A stretch of DNA of 32,854 nucleotides from Gemmatimonadaceae bacterium (GTDB lineage: Bacteria; Gemmatimonadota; Gemmatimonadetes; Gemmatimonadales; Gemmatimonadaceae). The position numbers were made by a program, and so were the translations under genes. This document shows positions 10,186 to 18,064 of the stretch, one piece after another. Each line of letters starts with the position of its first letter. Within the stretch, counting starts at the first letter, position 1. Under the pieces are notes generated by a model. It ran no database searches and was not told the DNA's origin. It saw only the letters and a list, made by a program, of their open reading frames with translations. The stretch covers positions 1 to 32,854 of the forward strand of contig JBGAJQ010000062.1 of the NCBI GenBank assembly GCA_044224875.1. The letters run 5' to 3'.

Positions 10186-11463
10186 GTGGCCGAAATTCGA
10201 AGAACGATCGCGCGGGAGGCGGCGCTCGATGGCGTCGGGTTGCACCTTGGTAGGCCGTGCCACCTGATCTTTCGTCCGGGCCGGGTTGGCGAGGGGATCG
10301 TGTTCGTGCGATCGGACCTTCCGGGCAATCCGCGCATCCGGGCGCATGTGGACCAGGCGGTCGAGACAGAGCGACGCACCCAGCTAGGGGAGGGCGCGGA
10401 GGCGATCCACACGGTGGAGCACGTGCTCGCTGCGGTGGCTGGTCACCGGATCGATGACTTGACCATCATGCTTGATGGACCCGAGCCACCCATCATGGAC
10501 GGAAGTGCGGGGGATTTTTTTCGAGCCTTGGATGACGCGGGCATCGTGCAAAATGGCGGTAAGCCCGACACGCTTACGGTCACTGAGCCGTTCACACTGG
10601 AGGTGGGCGAATCGCGGTACGAGGTGACGCCGGCGGAAGGATTGCACGTGGACGTTCACATCGACTTTCCGCATCCGTTGATCGGGCATCAGCGTATCGC
10701 GCTCGATATTACGCCGGACACCTTCGTGCAGGAGCTGGCCAATGCGCGCACCTTTGGGTTTGTGTCCGAGGTCGAGGCCTTGCGAAGCCGTGGGTTGATC
10801 AAGGGAGGCACCACGGCAAATGCCCTGGCGCTGGATGCGAATGGCGTCGTGGACAACGAATTGCGCTGGCCCGACGAGTTCGTACGACACAAGGCGTTGG
10901 ACCTGGCGGGGGACCTCGCATTGACGGGCCGTCGAGTCAACGCTTCCATTACCGCCTACCGGCCGAGTCACCGAGGCTCCATAACGCTCACCCGCGAACT
11001 CCTGAAACGCTCGCGGGCTACGTCACTGCGGACGATGGACATCACGCAGATCCTCGAATTGTTACCTCACCGCTATCCGCTGCTTCTGGTGGACCGGGTG
11101 CTGGAGGTCGAGGAAGGGAAGCGCCTCGTGGCGATCAAGAACGTAACGTATAACGAGAGCTTCTTTCAGGGACACTTTCCGGGAAACCCCGTCATGCCCG
11201 GGGTCCTGATCGTTGAAGCGATGGCGCAGGCGGGAGGAATCCTGTTGTTCATGGGCTTGGAGAACCGGGACCGCAAAGTGGTGCTGTTCACCGCGGTGAA
11301 CGACGTAAAGTGGCGCCGGAGTGTTCGACCTGGCGATCAATTGGTGTTTGAGCTGCGCGTGATCCATATGCGTGGCCCTTACGTTCACATGCACGGCGTC
11401 GCCAAGGTCGACGGCAAGGTGGCATGTGAAGCCGACATGGCGGCTACCCTGCGCGACCGATGA
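10186..11463 (+). CDS. lpxC: Bifunctional LpxC deacetylase / FabZ 3-hydroxyacyl-ACP dehydratase fusion
   Basis: N-half: GVGLHLG, TVEHVLAA, ARTFGF, RHKALD (LpxC Zn motifs). C-half: LPHRYPLLLVD, FFQGHFP, PVMPGVLIVEAMAQ (FabZ). Confidence 0.95.
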   Translation: MAEIRRTIAREAALDGVGLHLGRPCHLIFRPGRVGEGIVFVRSDLPGNPRIRAHVDQAVETERRTQLGEGAEAIHTVEHVLAAVAGHRIDDLTIMLDGPEPPIMDGSAGDFFRALDDAGIVQNGGKPDTLTVTEPFTLEVGESRYEVTPAEGLHVDVHIDFPHPLIGHQRIALDITPDTFVQELANARTFGFVSEVEALRSRGLIKGGTTANALALDANGVVDNELRWPDEFVRHKALDLAGDLALTGRRVNASITAYRPSHRGSITLTRELLKRSRATSLRTMDITQILELLPHRYPLLLVDRVLEVEEGKRLVAIKNVTYNESFFQGHFPGNPVMPGVLIVEAMAQAGGILLFMGLENRDRKVVLFTAVNDVKWRRSVRPGDQLVFELRVIHMRGPYVHMHGVAKVDGKVACEADMAATLRDR

Positions 11464-12236
11464 GCTCCGCCATACATCCGACCGCGATTGTCTCGCCGAA
11501 CGCGCAGCTGGGTGAGGACGTTCGTATTGGTCCATACGCGATCGTGGGCGAGGGATGCACACTCGGCGACCGATCCATACTGGAGGCCCGCGCTGTCCTC
11601 GAGCGAAATGTGCGGTTGGGCGCCGACGCCACTGTCGGCATCGGCTCGGTGCTGGGTGGTGACCCGCAGGATCTCAAGTTCAAGGGCGAAGAGACCTGGG
11701 TGGAGATTGGCGATGGAACGCGCATCAGGGAGTACAGCACGATCAATCGCGGCACCTCGCAATCGTACAAGACGAGTGTAGGGAAGAACTGCTTCCTGAT
11801 GTCGTACGTGCACCTTGCACACGACTGTCACGTCGGCGATGGGGTGATCATCTCGAACGGGACGCAGCTGGCGGGGCATGTCACGATCGAGGATCGCGCG
11901 ATCATCTCCGGCTTGGTGGCCGTCCACCAGTTCGTGCGAATTGGCAAGCACTCGTTCACAGGCGGCTGTTCGCGAGTCGCCAAGGACGTGCCGCCGTTCC
12001 TGAAGGCCGTGGGTAATCCGGTGAAGCTGTACGGCCTCAACAGCGTGGGCCTGCAACGTAGCGGGTTCGATGAGGCGGTCCTGCGTGAGCTGAAGCGTGC
12101 CTACCGGCTATTCTTCCGCTCGGAGCTCAATGTTTCGCAAGCCATGGAGCGAGCGCGCAACGAGCTGCATCCCTACCCAGAGGTGGAGCATTTGCTGCGC
12201 TTTCTGGAGGAGAGTGGCCGAGGAGTGGTGATTTGA
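11460..12236 (+). CDS. lpxA: Acyl-ACP--UDP-N-acetylglucosamine acyltransferase LpxA
   Basis: IHPTAIV, PQDLKF, IREYSTINRGT, HLAHDC, VHQFVRIG, GLNSVGLQR. Confidence 0.96.
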   Translation: MSSAIHPTAIVSPNAQLGEDVRIGPYAIVGEGCTLGDRSILEARAVLERNVRLGADATVGIGSVLGGDPQDLKFKGEETWVEIGDGTRIREYSTINRGTSQSYKTSVGKNCFLMSYVHLAHDCHVGDGVIISNGTQLAGHVTIEDRAIISGLVAVHQFVRIGKHSFTGGCSRVAKDVPPFLKAVGNPVKLYGLNSVGLQRSGFDEAVLRELKRAYRLFFRSELNVSQAMERARNELHPYPEVEHLLRFLEESGRGVVI

Positions 12237-13240
12237 CCCGCGCCCTGCCACGGATTGGCGTGATTGGCGCTGGTGCGCTGGGCTATCATCACGTGCGCTT
12301 GTTGCGCGAGATGCCCGGCGTGGAGTTTGCGGGGTTTCACGACGCGCGTCCTGAACGCGCCTTGCAGGTGGCGAGCGAGCTGCAGGTGCGAGCCTTCGAT
12401 GTGCTCGACGACCTGATCGCCGCCTGTGATGCCCTGACGATCGTGGTGCCAACGCCATCGCACTATGCCGTGGCCCGTTCCGCGCTCGAGCGCGGGCGTC
12501 ACCTCCTGATCGAGAAACCCCTCGCCACAACGCTCGAGGAGGCGGACGAGTTGTTGCAGATGGCGGAGGCCAAGGGCGCGCTGGTGCAAACGGGGCACGT
12601 GGAACGATTCAATCGGGCGGTGAGGGCCGCACTGCCATTCGTGGACCACCCGCTGTTCATTGAGAGCGATCGTTTGGCGCCGTTCAATCCTCGCGGCTCG
12701 GACGTGGCGGTTGTGCTTGACTTGATGATCCACGACATCGACTTGGTGCTGACCCTGGTGGGCGGACCGGTGTCGTCGGTCGCTGGCGTCGGCGTCCCGG
12801 TGCTCACGCCGTTCGTGGACATCGCCAACGCCCGCGTGACTTTCGCGTCGGGAGCCGTCGCGAACATCACATCGTCCCGCGTGTCCCGCGAACGCATGCG
12901 CAAGCTTCGCGTGTTTCAGAAGAGCGGATACCTCTCCCTCGACCTGGGTTCCGGCGAGGGCGAGTTTTATCGGTTGAAGCGCGACCTGGACTTGTCGGAG
13001 CTGACGAGAGCGCCACAGCAGCTGGAAGCATTTGTGGAGCGCATCGCGCTCACGGCACCGGAAGGGGAACCGCTGCGGCTCGAGTTCGAGGCGTTTGCCG
13101 CCGCCCTTCGCGGGGAGGCACCGGTCGTCGTCGACGGGCGTGCCGGTCGCGAGGCATTGGCAGTGGCGCTTCGGATCGTGCGTGATATCGAGCGCGCCTT
13201 GCCAGCCCTCGCGAGCCGGCCGAGCACTGGGCGTGCGTGA
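12233..13240 (+). CDS. Gfo/Idh/MocA family NAD-dependent oxidoreductase, probable GnnA-like UDP-GlcNAc 3-dehydrogenase
   Basis: GAGALG Rossmann motif, LIEKP, GHVERFN, DLMIHDID. Overlaps both lpxA and lpxB. Family is secure; the GnnA assignment comes from context only. Confidence 0.8.
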   Translation: MTRALPRIGVIGAGALGYHHVRLLREMPGVEFAGFHDARPERALQVASELQVRAFDVLDDLIAACDALTIVVPTPSHYAVARSALERGRHLLIEKPLATTLEEADELLQMAEAKGALVQTGHVERFNRAVRAALPFVDHPLFIESDRLAPFNPRGSDVAVVLDLMIHDIDLVLTLVGGPVSSVAGVGVPVLTPFVDIANARVTFASGAVANITSSRVSRERMRKLRVFQKSGYLSLDLGSGEGEFYRLKRDLDLSELTRAPQQLEAFVERIALTAPEGEPLRLEFEAFAAALRGEAPVVVDGRAGREALAVALRIVRDIERALPALASRPSTGRA

Positions 13241-14345
13241 AGTCTTGATCCTCGCAGGCGAGGCCTCCGGGGACCTGCATGCCGCCGGATTGGCGACCGC
13301 CCTTGGCGTCGCCCGCCCCGACCTGACTCTTGCCGGGATGGGTGGCCCGCAGATGGCGCGAGCGGGAGTCCAGCTGTTCGAACGCATCGATGCGTTGGGC
13401 GTCATGGGCTTCGTGGAGGTACTTCGTCAGGTCCCACATCACTGGGCGCTCCTGCGCGACCTGCGCCGTCGGCTGCAATCCGGACGCGTGGCACTGTTGA
13501 TCGTCATCGACTACCCGGGCTTCAACATGCGCGCTGCCGCGGCCGCGCGCGCGGCAGGGGTCCCGGTGCTGTACTACATCACGCCACAGGTATGGGCATG
13601 GGGTGCCGGTCGACTCCCCAAGTTGGCGCGCTTGATCACAAAGGCCGCTGTCATCCTGCCGTTCGAGGAGCCATTGCTGCGAGCGCACGGAATCGACGCG
13701 ACGTTCGTCGGGCACCCGCTGCTCGACCGCGCAGCGCAGTTGCCATCGAAGAACGAAGCGCGCAAGGCCTTGGGCCTGGACGAGGCGCATCCGGTCCTCG
13801 CCTTGTTTCCAGGGAGTCGAGGACAGGAAATTCACCGCCACTTGGGCCCATTCACGGCCACGGCGCTGGAGCTGCAACGCCGGATCCCAGGACTACAAGT
13901 CGTCGTGAGCGTGGCACCCGGGATTCAGCTGAGTCCTAACGAATGCCCATTTCGACAAGTCGCGGACGCGTCCTTCAGCGTGTTGCGCGCGGCGGACGCG
14001 AGCCTCTGCAAGAGCGGCACGACGACCTTGGAGGCGGCCGTCGCCGGCTGTCCCCTGATCGTGGCGTATCGTACGTCGACATGGACGCACGCGATCGCAC
14101 GGCGGCTGGTGCGAATCCCACGGATTGGGTTGGTGAACATCGTGGCAGACCGCGAGGTCGCGCGCGAGTTCGTACAAGATGCCGTTGCGCCCGCGGCAAT
14201 GGCAGACGCCTTACAGCCGCTGCTGCAGCCGGATTCCCCCGAAGGTGCTCGCGTGCGACAGGGGTTGCAGGACGTGCGCGACCAGTTGGGGGAGCCCGGG
14301 GCGGCGCGGCGCGTCGCCCAGATGGCCAGCGCACTTGTGCCGTGA
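13233..14345 (+). CDS. lpxB: Lipid-A-disaccharide synthase LpxB
   Basis: AGEASGDLH, VMGFVEVL, IDYPGFN, PQVWAW, LPFE, FVGHPL, LFPGSR, SGTTTLE. Start placed at GTG 13233; the ORF-track extension from 13032 overlaps the upstream gene. Confidence 0.95.
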   Translation: MREVLILAGEASGDLHAAGLATALGVARPDLTLAGMGGPQMARAGVQLFERIDALGVMGFVEVLRQVPHHWALLRDLRRRLQSGRVALLIVIDYPGFNMRAAAAARAAGVPVLYYITPQVWAWGAGRLPKLARLITKAAVILPFEEPLLRAHGIDATFVGHPLLDRAAQLPSKNEARKALGLDEAHPVLALFPGSRGQEIHRHLGPFTATALELQRRIPGLQVVVSVAPGIQLSPNECPFRQVADASFSVLRAADASLCKSGTTTLEAAVAGCPLIVAYRTSTWTHAIARRLVRIPRIGLVNIVADREVAREFVQDAVAPAAMADALQPLLQPDSPEGARVRQGLQDVRDQLGEPGAARRVAQMASALVP

Positions 14346-15004
14346 GCGCCGACAAACCGCGCTTGGCGAGACGAATGCGCGTGTTGCTGGCGAGCGCCGC
14401 GGGAGGACTCGTGTACCGGGCACTCGCAGCGACGTGGCGCTACCGAGTGACAGGTGGGGAGCCCTTCGAGGCGTGCATTCGCGAGAGCAAGCCGGCTGCG
14501 TTTGCCCTGTGGCACGGTGAAATGCTGCCGCTCATCTGGTGGTGGCGCGGGCGAGGAATCCGCGCGCTGATCAGTACGCACTCTGATGGGGAGATCATCG
14601 CTCGGATTGTCGAAGGCATTGGATACCGCACGGCCCGCGGTTCCTCCAGCCGCGAGGGTACCCGCGCCCTGCGAGAGCTCATCGGCGCGCTGCGCGCGGG
14701 AGAGCAGATCGCCGTGACACCTGACGGGCCTCGAGGGCCGCGGCATGTGTTCGCGCCCGGTGTGGTGGTGGCGGCGCAGCGGTTGCACGCGCCAATCATC
14801 CTTGCACGCGCGCGTGTGAAGCATGCATGGGTGCTACGTTCCTGGGATCGTTTTGTCATTCCCAAGCCATTCGCGACGATCGAGCTCTTTCACACACCGT
14901 TGGTGTGGCCGGAGGACGGTGGAGGGGTGGACGCAGACGCCGAGGCCAGATCACTCGCTGACATGCTCAACGGCCTGGCTGACGATGAATACGCCCTAAC
15001 GTGA
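14342..15004 (+). CDS. DUF374 / lysophospholipid acyltransferase family protein (LpxJ-like lipid A acyltransferase candidate)
   Basis: FALWHG, LISTHSDGEIIA, RGSSSREG, TPDGPRGP, SWDRFVIPKPF motifs. GTGA-coupled to lpxB and lpxK. Confidence 0.85.
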   Translation: MSADKPRLARRMRVLLASAAGGLVYRALAATWRYRVTGGEPFEACIRESKPAAFALWHGEMLPLIWWWRGRGIRALISTHSDGEIIARIVEGIGYRTARGSSSREGTRALRELIGALRAGEQIAVTPDGPRGPRHVFAPGVVVAAQRLHAPIILARARVKHAWVLRSWDRFVIPKPFATIELFHTPLVWPEDGGGVDADAEARSLADMLNGLADDEYALT

Positions 15005-16026
15005 GCGCGATCGAGCGGGTCTGGAGCGATTCGGGGCGGGGGGCGCTCGGACTCCGGGCGCTTCTCTCGCCGCTTGGGTGGATGTACGGGTTCGCCAGTC
15101 GAGTGAGGAATCGGGCGTACGATCGGGGGTGGCTGGAAGTACACACGTCGAAGCTGCCGGTGCTGAGCGTGGGCAACCTCACGGTCGGAGGTACCGGCAA
15201 GACGCCGCTGTCGGCGTACTTCATTCAGCGTCTGCTTGGTCGCGGCGCACACCCGGCGGTCGTCCTTCGTGGCTATGGTGGCGACGAGCCACTCGTGCAT
15301 CGACAACTGAACCCTGGTGTGCCGGTTATCGCCGATGCGGATCGCGTCCGTGCCGTGGTGCGCGCCCAGGCGGAAGGGAGCGACGTTGTGGTGCTGGACG
15401 ACGGTTTTCAGCATCGACGTATCGCGCGCGCCGTGGATTGCGTGCTGGTGAGCGCGGAGCAGGGCACCGGGGCACCGCACTACCTGCCGGCAGGGCCCTG
15501 GCGCGAAGGGTACGAGGCGTTGGCGCGCGCCTCATTCGTTATCGTGACTCGCAAGTCCGCGTCGCCCGAGCGCGCAGCTGAAGTAGCGAACGATCTCGCC
15601 CGGTTTTCTCCACAGGTGTGTGTCGCGTCGCTCCCCGTGGACTCGGTGCGCACACTCGGCGTGTCCGGCGAACGCCCCATGCTGTCGATGCGGGATGCCC
15701 GCGTCCTCGCCATTTCCGGGATCGGAAATCCGCGTGCATTCGCCGAACAGTTACGCGGCGCAGGGTGGCGCGTCGAACTCCGGACGTATGGTGATCACCA
15801 TGCGTATACGGAGAGGGACGCGGCCACTTTGTCGGCCGCGGCTCGTTCGTTCGACGCGGTGGTTACGACCCTGAAGGACGCTGTGAAGCTGACTCCGCTC
15901 TGGCCTCGCACTGGGCCGCCGTTGTGGTATGTTTCTCAGCGCGTTGTCCTGGAGTCAGGCACGGAAATCGTGGACGCGTCGATCGAGCAGCTCCTGAACC
16001 TGCGCCACCACAACCAAACCATCTAG
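15001..16026 (+). CDS. lpxK: Tetraacyldisaccharide 4'-kinase LpxK
   Basis: SVGNLTVGGTGKTP, LRGYG, GDEP, LDDGFQH, LPAGPWRE, SGIGNP, DHH, TTLKDAVK. Confidence 0.95.
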   Translation: MSAIERVWSDSGRGALGLRALLSPLGWMYGFASRVRNRAYDRGWLEVHTSKLPVLSVGNLTVGGTGKTPLSAYFIQRLLGRGAHPAVVLRGYGGDEPLVHRQLNPGVPVIADADRVRAVVRAQAEGSDVVVLDDGFQHRRIARAVDCVLVSAEQGTGAPHYLPAGPWREGYEALARASFVIVTRKSASPERAAEVANDLARFSPQVCVASLPVDSVRTLGVSGERPMLSMRDARVLAISGIGNPRAFAEQLRGAGWRVELRTYGDHHAYTERDAATLSAAARSFDAVVTTLKDAVKLTPLWPRTGPPLWYVSQRVVLESGTEIVDASIEQLLNLRHHNQTI

Positions 16027-16056
16027 CCGGCTTTCGCCGGAATACACACAGTCCGC

Positions 16057-17364
16057 ATGCCAACCGAACTTCGCCTTCCGACCAATGCCATTGTTCAACC
16101 GGACAAAGACCGGTTCCTGAACGAAGAGAACCCGTTTGAGGCGATGATGTCGCGGTTCGATCGTGCAGCAGAATTGCTCGATCTGGAACCAGGGCTCTAC
16201 AAGGTTCTTCGCAAGCCAGAGAAGCAGATCATCGTGGCATGTCCCACGATGCTCGATAATGGAGAGATCGAGGTCTACACGGGAATCCGCGTGTTGTACA
16301 ACACCTCGCGCGGGCCCGCGAAGGGCGGCATTCGTTTCGACATGAATGTGACGCTGGACGAGGTAACTGCACTGGCCGCGTGGATGACATGGAAGTGCGC
16401 GGTAGTGAACGTGCCGTTCGGCGGGGCGAAGGGCGGCGTCATTTGCGACCCCTTGAAGATGAGTGTCGGGGAACTCGAGCGGCTGACGCGACGCTACACG
16501 TCCGGGATCATCGCCACGCTCGGCCCCGACTCGGACGTGCCGGCGCCCGACGTCAACACGAATGAACGTGTGATGGCGTGGATCATGGATACGTATTCCA
16601 TGCAGATGAAACACACCGTCACCGCGGTCGTTACCGGCAAGCCGATCGAACTCGGCGGATCGTTAGGTCGACGCGAGGCAACCGGGCGTGGCTGCATGTT
16701 CGTGACCAAAGAGGCGCTCGCACACCTCGGCATGACAGTCAAGGGCACGACGGTCGCAGTCCAAGGCTTCGGCAACGTCGGATCGGTAAGTGCGCAGCTG
16801 CTGGCTCGCGAAGGCTGCAAGATCGTCGCGATCAGCGACCGAACGGGCGGCATCCATAACCCCAATGGCGTGGACGTCGACGATGCGTTGACCTACGTCA
16901 GGAAGCACAAGACGCTGGAGGGTTACGACAAGGGCGACCGCGTGTCGAATGACGAGCTCCTCACGCTCGATGTGGATGTGCTGGTGCCGGCAGCTTTGGA
17001 GAACGTCATCACGACGAAGAACGCTGCCAAGATTCGTGCGAAGATCATCTGCGAGGGCGCCAATGGCCCGACCACCGCGGCCGCCGATGCCATCCTGGAC
17101 GAGAAGGGCGTCTTCGTGATCCCTGACATTCTCGCCAATGCGGGCGGTGTGACGGTGTCCTACTTCGAGTGGGTGCAGGATCGCGGTGGGTATTTCTGGA
17201 GCGAAGACACGGTCAATGAGCGCCTGCGGGACCTCATGGTCCGATCCTTCCGCGATGTGCTCGAGTTGTCCAAGCAACATCGCGTGAACATGCGCACGGC
17301 GGCGTACATGCTGTCCATTTCGCGCGTCGCCACAGTCCACCGGCTGCGTGGCATTTACGCCTAG
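16057..17364 (+). CDS. gdhA: Glutamate dehydrogenase (Glu/Leu/Phe/Val dehydrogenase family)
   Basis: [80 protein letters not shown]. Confidence 0.93.
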   Translation: MPTELRLPTNAIVQPDKDRFLNEENPFEAMMSRFDRAAELLDLEPGLYKVLRKPEKQIIVACPTMLDNGEIEVYTGIRVLYNTSRGPAKGGIRFDMNVTLDEVTALAAWMTWKCAVVNVPFGGAKGGVICDPLKMSVGELERLTRRYTSGIIATLGPDSDVPAPDVNTNERVMAWIMDTYSMQMKHTVTAVVTGKPIELGGSLGRREATGRGCMFVTKEALAHLGMTVKGTTVAVQGFGNVGSVSAQLLAREGCKIVAISDRTGGIHNPNGVDVDDALTYVRKHKTLEGYDKGDRVSNDELLTLDVDVLVPAALENVITTKNAAKIRAKIICEGANGPTTAAADAILDEKGVFVIPDILANAGGVTVSYFEWVQDRGGYFWSEDTVNERLRDLMVRSFRDVLELSKQHRVNMRTAAYMLSISRVATVHRLRGIYA

Positions 17365-17384
17365 CCCCGGGAGCGGTCGAGTCG

Positions 17385-17414
17385 ACGGGAGCCGAGGGAT
17401 CGGCTCCCGTTTGT
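17385..17414 (+). terminator. Hairpin, probable terminator or processing site, between gdh and rlmH
   Basis: Perfect 11-bp stem ACGGGAGCCGA (17385-17395) / TCGGCTCCCGT (17400-17410) with GGGA tetraloop, followed by TTGT. Confidence 0.55.
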
Positions 17415-17415
17415 C

Positions 17416-17889
17416 ATGGTACGTATGCGATTCCGGCTTGTAGCTGTCGGACGACCTCGCGATGCGGCGATCGCCACGGCGATCGCGGAGTATGAGCAGC
17501 GCGTCGCGCGTTATTGGCCGTTTGAGGTCATTGAAGTGCGGGAGGGCGGTTCGGGGACTCGCGACCCGGCTGATGTCAAAGATCGGGAGGGAGAGCAGCT
17601 GCTCGCCCGGGCCGGAACGGGGGTCATCGTGGCGTGCGATGAACGCGGTGACGCACTCGGAAGTGAGCCATTCGCGGCCCTGATGCAGCGGTGGCGCGAG
17701 GAGGCGAGAGACGTCGCGTTCCTGATCGGTGGGGCGCACGGACTTTCTGACGCGGTCCGCCAGAAGGCCGGTCGGCGTTTGTCCCTGGCGGCGTGGACGC
17801 TTCCCCATGACTTGGCACGGCTTGTCTTGGTCGAGCAGCTCTATCGCGCCGGGACAATTCGGCGGGGAGAGCCGTACCATAAGTCGTGA
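17416..17889 (+). CDS. rlmH: 23S rRNA (pseudouridine1915-N3)-methyltransferase RlmH
   Basis: SPOUT motifs FLIGGAHGL, LSLAAWTLPHDLARLVLVEQLYRA, GEPYHK. Start is 17416 or 17425. Confidence 0.95.
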   Translation: MVRMRFRLVAVGRPRDAAIATAIAEYEQRVARYWPFEVIEVREGGSGTRDPADVKDREGEQLLARAGTGVIVACDERGDALGSEPFAALMQRWREEARDVAFLIGGAHGLSDAVRQKAGRRLSLAAWTLPHDLARLVLVEQLYRAGTIRRGEPYHKS

Positions 17890-17905
17890 TGCGGGCCTCC
17901 CGAAA

Positions 17906-18037
17906 CGATGGCACGCCGGGCGAGATTGCATCCGCGGCGTTCGAGCCGCAAAGTCTCGCATCCCAAGCCATGACGCCTGACGACTGTTGTCGCCTGTTGC
18001 CATACAAGCGCCCCGGTGTCCCAACGGTGTGCCGTCG
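17906..18037. ncRNA. Candidate structured RNA or cis-element, family not identified
   Basis: 13-bp closing helix 17906-17918 / 18025-18037 (two G-U pairs on +). Inner helices 17920-17927 / 17952-17959 and 17934-17938 / 17945-17949, plus a small CGAC-TGTT-GTCG hairpin. I recognise no Rfam family. Confidence 0.35.
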
Positions 18038-18064
18038 CCGTGTGTCCCTTCGCCAGCAGCGCTC

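Noticed and set aside
16027..16040. Small hairpin CCGGC-TTTC-GCCGG between lpxK and gdh, and a 7-bp stem at 23199-23222
   Set aside because: Short stems with no U-tract; too weak to call as terminators.
17866..17889. rlmH 3' end as an integration site (orfX/SCCmec-type attB)
   Set aside because: No integrase or recombinase, no duplicated rlmH 3' end and no foreign cargo downstream; the site appears empty.
17934..17949. GTTCGA loop resembling a tRNA T-arm
   Set aside because: No cloverleaf, D-arm, anticodon arm or acceptor stem with CCA could be built around it.
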